From an uncultured Erysipelotrichaceae bacterium (GTDB lineage Bacteria; Bacillota_I; Bacilli_A; Erysipelotrichales; Erysipelotrichaceae), in the NCBI GenBank assembly GCA_902472945.1, contig CABRQJ010000001.1, forward strand, positions 1,102-65,101: 64,000 nucleotides of DNA, in the 5' to 3' direction. Positions 48,859 through 60,786 of the stretch are shown here, in pieces (within the stretch, counting starts at the first letter, position 1; the number at the start of each line of letters is the position of its first letter). The notes under the pieces are model-generated. The model was not told where the DNA came from. It did not search any database and saw only the letters and a program-made list of their open reading frames with translations. Both the position numbers and the translations under genes were made by a program.

Positions 48859-51800
48859 TTATTCAGCTTCTTTTCTGCGCCTTCTCAGGATCATAACACA
48901 TGCCATACCTCCCGCAAGCAGTACACCTGCCCAGAGTCCGGCATTTGCATAGTTACCTGTACCTGGCTGGTTTGTGGAAGATGTCTTTACAAATTCTGCT
49001 TTGATTTCAATGTTGCCATTGACCGCAAATGCCTTGATCAGAATTTCTCCTGTCTTTGCATTGTATGTAAAGCTTTCACTTGCAAGTTCATTGCCACTCA
49101 CAAATACCTTGATGCTTTCTGGCAGGCTATAACCTTCTGCAGGTTTGAGGACTGCCTTATAGTCTTCACCACGTACTGCTTCAGTTAGAGACACTGTACC
49201 ATTTGTTGAAGAGAGCTTCACACTGAACTTCTCCACAACCGGTGTGAGTGCCTTGAACGCTGCACGAATTTCCACATTGCCAGTCACTGCCTCTGCATTG
49301 ATAGTCAGTGTACCAGTCGTAGCATCATAGCTGTACTGATCAGATGTTAATGCAATGCCATTCACAAGGACTGTTACAGTTTCTGGTAATGCATAACCTT
49401 CTGCTGCCTGCAATTTTGCGGTATATGCTTCACCACTTACTGCTTCAAATGCGCCAACAAGTGTTCCGTTTTCTGCAGAAATGGTTACCGTGTACTTATC
49501 CTTGACTGGTGGATTGACTTCTGCTGCCTTGAACGCTGCACGAATTTCCACATTGCCAGTCACTGCTTCAGCATTGATAGTCAGTTTACCAGTAGTAGCA
49601 TCATAGCTGTACTGATCAGATGTTAATGCAATGCCACTAACAAGGACTGTTACAGTTTCAGGTAATGCATAACCTTCTGCCGCCTGCAGTGTTGCGGTAT
49701 AGGTTTCTCCTTCTGTTGCTTCTTTGGATCCAACAAGTGTTCCGTTTTCTGCGGTGATGGTTACCGTGTACTTGTCTGGTGTTACCGCTTTGATTTCTGA
49801 CCTGTCACGGACACGGAGTCTGTTACCACCCGCATCATGGGATACAAAGCCGATAGCACTGATCTTAGCACCTTCTTTGACAAAGTCTTCCAATGGTTTT
49901 GAACTTTCATCGGAATAACCGATGTAGCCATCGATGAATACACGTGCTTCTACACCACTTTCATCTTTTACCAGAATGCTTTCCACAAGACCTTCAGCTA
50001 CTGTCACTTTTGTGACAGTACCTTCAACTCTCACGAGTCTGCCAAAGTTTGTGGCATAGTCATTTGCTTCAGCTGTGGTGACATCACTGATCACTACATC
50101 TTTAGAACCTTCCAGTACGGTGACATTGATGGCAGAAAGCTGTTTGTCACCAATGTATTCACTGATGGAACCTGTAATCTGTACCTGGTCTCCACGACGG
50201 ATGTTGCTGTCATCAATCGGGAAGACGTTGATACCATTACCTGCATCATCCTGGATGTAGATGGTATTGAAGAATGCATTGCCGCTTTCTGCTGTACCGT
50301 TGGCTACTGTACCAACAACGGTGAACACATCACCATTAGCACCAGCTCTTGCTTCTGTGATTGTGCTGATGACTGGTTCTTTCTTGACCATGTTCAGGAT
50401 GTTCTGTGCCATGATGCCATTGGAGTAGCTGACCTGATCTTCGGCTGCTACTTCAAAGTTGGAACAGAATACAGTACCAGAGACAAAGACTCTGCCTTCT
50501 CCTACCTGTTCTGTTGCCATGGCAACAACATCACCCTTCTGGACAACAGCTTTATCTGGATCATATGGATCACTATAGCTCATCACTGGCTTATCATGAC
50601 CTTGTGCAGGATTCTTACTGTTGATGGAATATGTTGTATCATGTCCATAAACAATAGCTGTACCACTTCCAACACTGATGGAACATCCAGAATAGGAACT
50701 ATAGGCTAGACCAGAGTCAACAACACCAGCCAGCACTTTCTGTACAACAGGATCGGTACTTCCTGTATTGAAGTCATCGAAGTAGAGACGATATGGCTGA
50801 CCACCATTTTTATCCTGATCAATGAGTTCATCATCATTGACCCTCATCGTAGATCCAATACCCTCAAGCAATGCATTTGCCTGCTTATAAGTTGTATGTG
50901 GCAAGCCACTATTAGCGTCCTGGTAGTCCGCTAGACCGCAGACAATCACGGTTCCACCACGCTTTACATAGTCGCTGACAACCTGGATGAATTCCTTTTC
51001 GAATACACTTGGTACTGCATCACCGGTATAGTCACTTGTGTACTTGAGTGGTGAAGAGATGACAAACAGAGAAACATCTTTGAGTGCATCTGCTGTGATT
51101 GTTTCACCAGGCTGTGCAATGCGTACCTGGATATTATCGGCAGTACCCATATTGATGAAGTTTGTCATATTGCCAGAGTAGTAGCCATTGACATAGTCAT
51201 TGTAGTGTGTGCCATCAATGAGTACCTTTGTCGCAATGGCAGGATCTGATACTGTCAGTTTCAGAACATCTGTAAATGTGAATTCTTCACCATTGATCAA
51301 TGCCTTCATCTGTACATTGATGTTGAAACCACCTGCAGTACCTGCTACATAGTCGAATGCATATGCAGCAGAAGTTCTTGCGCCGATGACACCACTGTTA
51401 CCAAGACCTGTTACATCTGCTGTATGGAATGGTTCTGTTTCACCTTCCATAGTATAGGTGAGCGATGTAACCGTCATATCCGTACTCAGGTTGTTATAAA
51501 TCTGGCTGGAGATTTCAATTTCATCACCCTTGATTGGTAATGCCACACTGCTATCGGTGTTGGAAACACCCGCATTGACACTTTCACCAACCCATACTGG
51601 TGCAGTTACGGCAATGTTCTTATCTGCCTGTGTTACACGCAGATAGTAGTAACCATAAGTAGATGGAAGATCATCGAATGTAATGTCTGCACTTGTGCCT
51701 GTAAAGGTTGTTTCCGCAAGTGTCTGACCACCATTGACAATGACTTCTACCTTTGTTTCACCTTCTGTATCCGTTGGATCTTCAATAGAAGCAGTGATAT

Positions 51801-54800
51801 TGATGGAATCCTGATCAGGAAGAATAGAACCCATCGCATTGCCATTCAATGCATAGAGAATGGAAAGATCATTATCTTCTGTCGCATAGACACGATAGTT
51901 CTTCATCGCATCATAGATCGCTGCTTCTGAAAGATCAGTTGCCAGTACGACACTTCTTGCTGTGTTGGAATCACCCCAGTTACCCTTATGGTTATCCTGG
52001 TTGTTTGTTGGTGCTACATGCCATCCCTTATCCAATGCACGTGTGTAATATGCATAAGATGGGAAGTAACCAGAACTGCCGATTGCACCTTCACCATTAC
52101 CAACTTCGATCAATGTCATCTGGTTATCGATCACCGGATCATAGAGGGCAAAATCCATGAAGTCACCGAATGTATCACCTGGATGGTTAAACTGGGAAAT
52201 GGTTTCCGGATTCTCATTCAATGTATCGAAGTAAGCCTCCAGTACATCGTAGTTATCACCTTTGCGGTATGGTTCAGCATTGCGGTTTTCAAAGCCCTCA
52301 GAATTGAATGTATTGATATGACCAGGTGCACCACCAGACCATGTCATCTCAAAACCATACAAACCGACAAAGTCATCTTCACGCTCTGTAATATCCCTTG
52401 CGCCCTGTCTGCCTTCATGCCATGAAGCATTCTTCTTTTCCGCATCTTCATCACCAAGATGTGTAGTTCCAGCAGATGGCAAACCACTCTGTCCTTCAAA
52501 AGAATTGGAATGGTCTGTCAAAGCAAGGAAGTCGAGGTTTTCTACAGAAGACGCATGATCAAATGCCTGTTCTACCGTACCTGTACCATCAGAAAGATTG
52601 GTATGGGCATGGAGCTGACCAAAGTACAGTGTATAGTCACCAAGACTCATCGGTGCCTTATAGGTAAATGTAACTACTTCACCCTGCTCTGCCTCAGCAG
52701 TATCAGTTGCTGGAATATAGGCAAATGCCTTGATAATAACCGGCTTATCCTTTTCAGGTGTATTTTCAATCACAATTGGTGTGCTGTACTTCTGTTCATC
52801 CTTCACTTCCGGATCAGCAGGTTCAGTACCATCTGTTGCCATCGTGTAGTAAATCTCTGCACCTGTTGCGGCAGTCAATGTAATTTCCTGTCCTGCTTCA
52901 ACACTGGCACCACTCTTAGGAGAAGCCTCTACAGAAAGACCTTCTACCTCTGGTTTATCTGGTTCTGGCATATCCGTAACAACATAGAAGGAAAGCTGGA
53001 ACTGAGCATCGGATGCGGCACTACTTGAATTGTATGTACTCCAGTTACTGTACTGGTCATACCATTCCATATAATTGCCACGACCTGTATTACGGATGTT
53101 GTATAATCCATCACCAAGGTCAATCACTTCCCAGTCATCATTCACGGCACCAAGATCCATACTGGAATGGCTCTCTGCCAAACCAATATTCTGTCCATTC
53201 TGGGCAAAGCTGTATGTACCATCCTCATTAGCAATAACAGTCCATACATCTTTTTCTCCATAACCTGTTACGACACCATCCGTAACGGTGATGTCTGTAC
53301 CAACATTGTAGAAACTTGTCTTTTCAGAAGACAGTGCCTTGTTATACGAAGGGGCATAAATGACTACATTATCACCATCTTCGATTGGTCCTTCTGGTCC
53401 TGGAATATCTGTTACAGAATAGAACTTCAAAGCAAACATGCCTTCACTGCCAGAAGCGATGTTGTTGTATGCACTCCAGTAATTTCTGTCCGCATACCAT
53501 TCCATATAGCTGTCACGTACCGTGTTCTTGACGTAATAGCATCCATCTCCGGCATCTTCAAGCACCCACTTATCGTTCTTTCCACCAAGTGGCATACTGG
53601 TATAGGTATCTTCCATACCAATGTTCTGTCCTTGATAGGAGAAGCTGTATGTACCATCCTCATTGACGGCAACAGTCCATACATCCACTTCACTATATCC
53701 GCTAAGACTGCCATCAGCACCTACTGTAATATCCGTACCAGCATTGTAGAAACTGCTTACTACTTTAGTGGACAATGCCTTGTTATACGCAGGGGCAAAA
53801 ATAACTACCTGCTCACCATCTTTGAGTGGTCCTTCTGGTTCTGGTGTATCCGTTACAACATAGAAGGAAAGCTGGAACTGATTATCGGATGCGGCACTGC
53901 TTGAATTGTATGTACTCCAGTTACTGTACTGGTCATACCATTCCATATAATTGCCACGACCTGTATTACGGATGTTGTATAATCCATCACCAAGGTCAAT
54001 CACTTCCCAGTCATCATTCACGGCACCAAGATCCATACTGGAATGGCTCTCTGCCAAACCAATATTCTGTCCATTCTGGGCAAAGCTGTATGTACCATCC
54101 TCATTAGCAATAACAGTCCATACATCTTTTTCTCCATAACCTGTTACGACACCATCCGTAACGGTGATGTCTGTACCAACATTGTAGAAACTTGTCTTTT
54201 CAGAAGACAGTGCCTTGCTATACGCAGGGGCATAAATAACTACCTGCTCACCATCTTTGAGAACAGGTACCTGTACATCTGCTTTGACGGTATATTGCAG
54301 AGTTTGTACAGCACTGCTGTTTTCACCAACTACTGCTACTGCCTTTAATGTGCAGTCTGCTTCAATGACCGGTTTGTTTGTGTCACTGTAGATCTGCCTG
54401 TTGGCATTCGTTGTATCAGATGGGTCGCTGCCATCTAATGTGAAATAGATGGTTGCGTCTAATGTTGCAGAACTCAGGGTGATTTGGGTGCCAGATTCTA
54501 CTTCTCCAGCCTGAGGATCTGCAGCAGGTGCAGCAACCGTAACTTCTCCACTTCCTCCATCACTCAGCTTATAGAGTGTGAACTGATGTGGATAACCGTT
54601 GGGATTACCATTAACAGTTGTTGTCTTGTAGCCACGGAATTTGTTCTGAGAGTTTTTGTTGCTGGCGAGGTAGACGGTATCTGCACCAGTTCCTGCAAAG
54701 GTAAACTTTCCCTCTGTTTCTTCCCATGTCCAGTCGTATGCACCTTCAGTTATGCCATTTTCATTGCCACCTTTTGGTGCAAGGTAAACATCATTTTTGT

Positions 54801-55095
54801 CCTTGATTCTGACAGATTGTCCATTCACTTCCAATGTGACATAGGATGTGGAATGCACAACATCATTTTCTGGTGTTGTTTCAATCGCTGTCACCCATGT
54901 TCCATCTAGTTCACCAACGGCATAATTGGTGTCTGTCAATAGAACATATTCGCCTGTTTCAAGTTCTTTACTAGTTGTGATTTTCTGATAGGTTTTCGCA
55001 TCCTCAGCAAATACTGCACGAGGACCAATGGAAAACAGCATCAGAATTGCCATGACAACAGACAAAATTCTTTGCATGCTTCGCTTCAGTTTCAT
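48859..55095 (-). CDS. 2078-aa secreted, wall/membrane-anchored multidomain protein. Signal peptide; chitobiase/hexosaminidase-C-like and beta-sandwich repeat modules; PHP-family metal-dependent phosphoesterase domain; OB/lamin-tail-like domain as in extracellular nucleases; three C-terminal Ig-like repeats; QPGTG plus hydrophobic anchor plus RRRRK tail
   Basis: N-terminal MKLKRSMQRILSVVMAILMLFSIGPRAVFA. PHP motif LHAHTNLSDG..ALTDH. Internal repeats A-B-A of ~146 aa and three ~96-aa Big-like repeats. The C-terminus NQPGTGNYANAGLWAGVLLAGGMACVMILRRRRKEAE resembles a sortase-type sorting signal. Confidence 0.8.
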   Translation of the reverse strand: MKLKRSMQRILSVVMAILMLFSIGPRAVFAEDAKTYQKITTSKELETGEYVLLTDTNYAVGELDGTWVTAIETTPENDVVHSTSYVTLEVNGQSVRIKDKNDVYLAPKGGNENGITEGAYDWTWEETEGKFTFAGTGADTVYLASNKNSQNKFRGYKTTTVNGNPNGYPHQFTLYKLSDGGSGEVTVAAPAADPQAGEVESGTQITLSSATLDATIYFTLDGSDPSDTTNANRQIYSDTNKPVIEADCTLKAVAVVGENSSAVQTLQYTVKADVQVPVLKDGEQVVIYAPAYSKALSSEKTSFYNVGTDITVTDGVVTGYGEKDVWTVIANEDGTYSFAQNGQNIGLAESHSSMDLGAVNDDWEVIDLGDGLYNIRNTGRGNYMEWYDQYSNWSTYNSSSAASDNQFQLSFYVVTDTPEPEGPLKDGEQVVIFAPAYNKALSTKVVSSFYNAGTDITVGADGSLSGYSEVDVWTVAVNEDGTYSFSYQGQNIGMEDTYTSMPLGGKNDKWVLEDAGDGCYYVKNTVRDSYMEWYADRNYWSAYNNIASGSEGMFALKFYSVTDIPGPEGPIEDGDNVVIYAPSYNKALSSEKTSFYNVGTDITVTDGVVTGYGEKDVWTVIANEDGTYSFAQNGQNIGLAESHSSMDLGAVNDDWEVIDLGDGLYNIRNTGRGNYMEWYDQYSNWSTYNSSSAASDAQFQLSFYVVTDMPEPDKPEVEGLSVEASPKSGASVEAGQEITLTAATGAEIYYTMATDGTEPADPEVKDEQKYSTPIVIENTPEKDKPVIIKAFAYIPATDTAEAEQGEVVTFTYKAPMSLGDYTLYFGQLHAHTNLSDGTGTVEQAFDHASSVENLDFLALTDHSNSFEGQSGLPSAGTTHLGDEDAEKKNASWHEGRQGARDITEREDDFVGLYGFEMTWSGGAPGHINTFNSEGFENRNAEPYRKGDNYDVLEAYFDTLNENPETISQFNHPGDTFGDFMDFALYDPVIDNQMTLIEVGNGEGAIGSSGYFPSYAYYTRALDKGWHVAPTNNQDNHKGNWGDSNTARSVVLATDLSEAAIYDAMKNYRVYATEDNDLSILYALNGNAMGSILPDQDSINITASIEDPTDTEGETKVEVIVNGGQTLAETTFTGTSADITFDDLPSTYGYYYLRVTQADKNIAVTAPVWVGESVNAGVSNTDSSVALPIKGDEIEISSQIYNNLSTDMTVTSLTYTMEGETEPFHTADVTGLGNSGVIGARTSAAYAFDYVAGTAGGFNINVQMKALINGEEFTFTDVLKLTVSDPAIATKVLIDGTHYNDYVNGYYSGNMTNFINMGTADNIQVRIAQPGETITADALKDVSLFVISSPLKYTSDYTGDAVPSVFEKEFIQVVSDYVKRGGTVIVCGLADYQDANSGLPHTTYKQANALLEGIGSTMRVNDDELIDQDKNGGQPYRLYFDDFNTGSTDPVVQKVLAGVVDSGLAYSSYSGCSISVGSGTAIVYGHDTTYSINSKNPAQGHDKPVMSYSDPYDPDKAVVQKGDVVAMATEQVGEGRVFVSGTVFCSNFEVAAEDQVSYSNGIMAQNILNMVKKEPVISTITEARAGANGDVFTVVGTVANGTAESGNAFFNTIYIQDDAGNGINVFPIDDSNIRRGDQVQITGSISEYIGDKQLSAINVTVLEGSKDVVISDVTTAEANDYATNFGRLVRVEGTVTKVTVAEGLVESILVKDESGVEARVFIDGYIGYSDESSKPLEDFVKEGAKISAIGFVSHDAGGNRLRVRDRSEIKAVTPDKYTVTITAENGTLVGSKEATEGETYTATLQAAEGYALPETVTVLVSGIALTSDQYSYDATTGKLTINAEAVTGNVEIRAAFKAAEVNPPVKDKYTVTISAENGTLVGAFEAVSGEAYTAKLQAAEGYALPETVTVLVNGIALTSDQYSYDATTGTLTINAEAVTGNVEIRAAFKALTPVVEKFSVKLSSTNGTVSLTEAVRGEDYKAVLKPAEGYSLPESIKVFVSGNELASESFTYNAKTGEILIKAFAVNGNIEIKAEFVKTSSTNQPGTGNYANAGLWAGVLLAGGMACVMILRRRRKEAE
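49234..49811. repeat. Two near-identical ~288-bp tandem repeats encoding Ig-like (Big) domains near the C-terminus of the surface protein
   Basis: CTTGAACGCTGCACGAATTTCCACATTGCCAGTCACTGC...CATAGCTGTACTGATCAGATGTTAATGCAATGCC appears at ~49249 and ~49537. Confidence 0.75.
52975..54300. repeat. Intragenic tandem duplication in the surface-protein gene. Two near-identical DNA copies (>=330 bp each, 876-bp period) flank a diverged middle copy
   Basis: Shadow ORFs 53013..53231 and 53889..54107 (also 53075..53263 and 53951..54139) translate identically, so the nucleotide sequence is identical over hundreds of bp at an 876-bp offset. Confidence 0.8.
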
Positions 55096-55134
55096 GTTTT
55101 GGTCTCAACCCCTTTCCCTGATGTGAAACAATCG

Positions 55135-56325
55135 TTATTTCACCAATGCATTGTGTTTATCCTTTGCCATCACCAGAGCACTGATAAACGCAACGATTGG
55201 AACCGTAAACAAAATACCCATCGCACCAGCAATACTTTGAATCACTTCAATACAGATGTAGTCTGTATTGATCAATTGGATGAATGGTATGTCATATGTC
55301 TGTACAAGTATCAACATATTCAAAGAAGAACCAGCAAAAGCAAGGATCAGGGTATTTGCCATGGTACCCATGGCATCCTGTCCAATATGCATACCGGATC
55401 TGAACAATTGTTTTGTATCCAATGATGGATTTTGTTCATGGAGTTCATAGACAGCTGATGCTATGCCAAGAGCTGTATCCATCACTGCACCAAGCGCTGA
55501 AATCAACACACCACAGACAAGCAGTCCACTGATCTTCAATCCTTTATCTGCACCATAAAGAAGAAGATTCTCTGCTTCTGACATATTGAAACCACTCATC
55601 GGGGTAAGCCATGTCACAACCCCGGCAATTGCCCCTGCTGTGACTACACCGATGACACAGCCAAGCACCGCACACAATGTTTTCTTGGAAAATCCATTGA
55701 GAAGACTAAGCGCACCCGTAGCGGAAACTGCGATGATACCCACTGTAACCGGTATTGCGGAATACCCTTTGATCAATGCGGGTATGAGAATAAACCAAAT
55801 ACTTGCCAGGGTAAAAACAAGTCCACACAGTGCACCAATACCTTTTCTTCCACCAAGAACTGCCAATAGAACAAAAAACACAAGCACAAAACCACCGAGA
55901 ATCGTACCCCGGTTGTAGTTGAACAATGAAGCATAGTATGCGCCATCATCGTCTGTCAGAATTCTGACGATGATTTCATCTCCTTCATCGAGGTCCACAT
56001 TGAACAAGGCACTCATATTGTTTGTCAGTGTCATGATTTCATCTTTATGCGTACCACTGAGAATTTGTATTTCTACTTCCTGTGAACCAACACGTAATCC
56101 TTCCGCATTGTCATGATCTGCCACCGCAGTATCTTCCAGAATTGCAGTAACCTTTGCTTTATCAAAAATGACCTGGCTAGCACTGGTTGGTGTTTCACCT
56201 TCTATTGGACGATTCAGTGCAAACGCAGATGAAATGAGAATGATACATACAAGAAATGAAATGATTAGTCCTGCAATATTCTTTGGCTGTTTCAGCCAGT
56301 CTTTCAATTTGGAAATAAACATCAA
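55135..56325 (-). CDS. YibE/F-family integral membrane protein
   Basis: 396 aa. One N-terminal TM, a ~120-aa extracytoplasmic domain, then a 7-8 TM bundle with Gly-rich helices typical of YibE/F. Confidence 0.7.
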   Translation of the reverse strand: MMFISKLKDWLKQPKNIAGLIISFLVCIILISSAFALNRPIEGETPTSASQVIFDKAKVTAILEDTAVADHDNAEGLRVGSQEVEIQILSGTHKDEIMTLTNNMSALFNVDLDEGDEIIVRILTDDDGAYYASLFNYNRGTILGGFVLVFFVLLAVLGGRKGIGALCGLVFTLASIWFILIPALIKGYSAIPVTVGIIAVSATGALSLLNGFSKKTLCAVLGCVIGVVTAGAIAGVVTWLTPMSGFNMSEAENLLLYGADKGLKISGLLVCGVLISALGAVMDTALGIASAVYELHEQNPSLDTKQLFRSGMHIGQDAMGTMANTLILAFAGSSLNMLILVQTYDIPFIQLINTDYICIEVIQSIAGAMGILFTVPIVAFISALVMAKDKHNALVK

Positions 56326-56496
56326 AAAGCCCCTCTATACACCACACCTGTATCGGATTCAGATTTATTGTAGTTGGGCAATATCAGATCAACTATCACA
56401 CCTATGTTAAATCATGATGAGATTCAGTACATGCATGAATAACTGCATGACAGGGAAATGATTTGTGAATGGTGTTCCTGTTATGTGGTGAGCAGT

Positions 56497-56527
56497 CAAA
56501 ATGAAAACGGATGATTTCTCATCCGTT
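56497..56527 (-). terminator. Intrinsic terminator after the GH1 gene
   Basis: AACGGATGA-GAAA-TCATCCGTT 9-bp stem followed by TTCATTTTG on the minus strand. Confidence 0.75.
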
Positions 56528-56533
56528 CGCTTT

Positions 56534-58779
<2,246 letters not shown>

Positions 58780-58816
58780 ATTCCTACCTGTTTTCCCGTC
58801 GTTCTTAGTAAAAAAC

Positions 58817-58834
58817 GGATAATTTCACTCATCC
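58817..58834. repeat. Left 18-bp direct repeat GGATAATTTCACTCATCC flanking the IS (target duplication)
   Basis: Identical 18-mer at 60787..60804. The flanks AAAAAACGGAT / ATCCGTTTTTTT reconstruct a terminator-like hairpin as the pre-insertion target. Confidence 0.7.
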
Positions 58835-58981
58835 CAATGGTGTCAACCTAAGGAATTCTTGGGTTGGCATCTTTTTTTTGTCCCATCTTAACTACAATGG
58901 TTATGGGGCAGTTTATACAAAATGGGTATATGAAAACATGTGCTGATCTTGTATTTTTCCTGAAAATCAGCTATTAGTATA

Positions 58982-60379
58982 TTAGCTTGGTGAGGTAGTT
59001 ATCAAGACGCCATTGTATGATCTGGTATTTGGCCAGTCTCTACCATCAATCCGGAATCGCGTTGGCTTGCCTTGCTTGATGATTCTTCCCCATCTCTTAT
59101 AGTGCCTGTTGGGACGGACAGGCACTTTTATCTTGTTGATCTGAAGCTTTATCAAATCAATCATCCTTGTTATCCTGTCCGGATTATCATTTCGCATCCA
59201 TCTCATTATTTTCTCGTCCCTGATCAGTTCGCTCAGCTGCTTGCAGTTGACCTGATATTCGTGTTTGTTTTCTTCACTATTTAGTGCTGCCAGCTCCTGA
59301 TCCATCTCTTTTCTCAGAATTCCACAGAGATTATGAAATACGACTTTGGCGTAAATTGCACATGTCTCGCTGTCACAATCTCTGCTGAAGTATCTTTCCC
59401 ACTCCAGATCTGTTTTTAATGTTTTGTATCCAGTCTCAATTGCCCATCTCTTGCTGTAAAGATGTGCAATCTCATTTGAATCAAACTCTTCCTGACTCAG
59501 ATTGGTGAAATAGATGAGATCTACTGAATCCATTCTGCCATCCTTTGTGTGAATGACATAATGATGTTTTACGACACGGATATCTATGTATGGATCTTTT
59601 GAAAACCGTTCCTTTGGCTGCTCATATTTCAGTCGTCGCTGCCACGGTTTGTCAATTCTGACCCTGATCCATTCGTCGTTTGTTTTCATTTCCTCCACAT
59701 AGTGCCTGAAGAAATTTGTTTTGCCACGGATACAGTATTTCAGCCCCTTGCTTTCCAGTATGGAAAATAATTCCACACTGTCATAATAACGGTCAGCCAG
59801 ATAGATTGCAGGATGTCCATTGAGAAGAGGAACAGAATCCAGCTGCTCTATGGCTATAGGAATCTCAGAATCCTTGTATCTCTTCATCTTAAAATCAATG
59901 ATTAATCCGTTCGTTACGTCATACAATGCAGCAGATCGCGATGTTGCTTTCAAAGCCTTGTCTTCACTGGTGACTGTTTTATTGGGAACGTAGCCATATT
60001 TCTTCATAGATTCATCGGTTTTATAGAGATTCAATGTAGTTCCATCTTCCGCAAGGAGAACATAACCCTTATAGTTTTTCACAAGATCAGACTGGTAAAA
60101 TCGTTCAGCCAGTCTGTGAATCAGAAGGCCGAATACAGACGGGTTAACTTTTTTGACCGCCTTGAAAGCAGCCTGGCGGCTGATACGAAGTTCTGATAAG
60201 CCTATATCAGAATAATACCGGCTCAGTTCTGAGCTGATACACTTCTGACAGCGGAAGATCAGAAAAAGAAGAACATCGTACCATGGGAATTTAAACTTGC
60301 GGACAAAAGCATTAGAGAATTTCCTTGTGGCGACAAGAACTTCATCAGACTTGATAAATCTGCCAAACCAGGAGAACAA
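58982..60379 (-). CDS. Transposase, DDE catalytic portion (IS4/IS1634-like, DDE_Tnp_1)
   Basis: YSKRWAIETGYKTLK (the IS4-type Y-2-R-3-E-6-K motif) and upstream D..D regions. It follows the orfA frame after a 16-nt gap in a different frame. Confidence 0.8.
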   Translation of the reverse strand: MFSWFGRFIKSDEVLVATRKFSNAFVRKFKFPWYDVLLFLIFRCQKCISSELSRYYSDIGLSELRISRQAAFKAVKKVNPSVFGLLIHRLAERFYQSDLVKNYKGYVLLAEDGTTLNLYKTDESMKKYGYVPNKTVTSEDKALKATSRSAALYDVTNGLIIDFKMKRYKDSEIPIAIEQLDSVPLLNGHPAIYLADRYYDSVELFSILESKGLKYCIRGKTNFFRHYVEEMKTNDEWIRVRIDKPWQRRLKYEQPKERFSKDPYIDIRVVKHHYVIHTKDGRMDSVDLIYFTNLSQEEFDSNEIAHLYSKRWAIETGYKTLKTDLEWERYFSRDCDSETCAIYAKVVFHNLCGILRKEMDQELAALNSEENKHEYQVNCKQLSELIRDEKIMRWMRNDNPDRITRMIDLIKLQINKIKVPVRPNRHYKRWGRIIKQGKPTRFRIDGRDWPNTRSYNGVLITTSPS

Positions 60380-60395
60380 AGAAACAAGAGCTTTC

Positions 60396-60614
60396 CTATT
60401 GTCCTGAGCACTTCACCTTGACCTTCCGGAATTCGACATCTGGATCTTTGGCATAGGCTGCACGTATATACGGCAGGTGTTCCTGATCAAACTGGCCAAG
60501 CTTAACTACGACCCTGTGTTTGGGTGTACCATTTTGATCACGGAAAGATTCAACGAGGTCACAGAAATAAGTTTTCTTGGCCCCTTTGTTATTAGGAATA
60601 ACGCGAACAAACAT
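60396..60614 (-). CDS. Transposase N-terminal fragment (orfA). IS1634-type N-terminus MFVRVIPNNKGAKKTYFCDLVESFRDQNG..HRVVVKLG
   Basis: N-terminal DNA-binding region typical of IS1634-family transposases. It is separated from the DDE ORF by a stop and a frame change, so this is either a frameshift mutation or programmed frameshifting. Confidence 0.6.
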   Translation of the reverse strand: MFVRVIPNNKGAKKTYFCDLVESFRDQNGTPKHRVVVKLGQFDQEHLPYIRAAYAKDPDVEFRKVKVKCSGQ

Positions 60615-60786
60615 AAAGCACCTCCTTTATACTTGACTACATTATAAAGGAAAATGCATGATTATAAACTGAATATATCATATATACTTAACTACATTCC
60701 TGAATTATTCATCAGAATGTGCCCGTGTTGTCACCCAAATCACAAAAAAAGTGCCAGCCTAAGAAATCCTTAGGTTGACACCATTG

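Larger units (their letters stand above)
58835..60786 (-). mobile_element. IS element (~1952 bp) of the IS4 superfamily, IS1634-like. ~45-bp imperfect terminal inverted repeats; transposase split into two frames
   Basis: Left end CAATGGTGTCAACCTAAGGAATTCTTGGGTTGGCAT; reverse-complement of right end CAATGGTGTCAACCTAAGGATTTCTTAGGCTGGCAC (20/20 identical, then ~5 mismatches). Flanked by 18-bp direct repeats. Confidence 0.8.

Noticed and set aside
49724-54909. Many 60-250-aa plus-strand ORFs inside the 6.2 kb surface-protein gene, several with identical translations (e.g. 53013..53231 = 53889..54107)
   Set aside because: These are antisense shadow ORFs. Their duplication simply reflects the intragenic DNA repeat. 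I also considered whether the tandem repeats could be a CRISPR array, but the units are hundreds of bp long, coding, and lack spacer/repeat alternation.
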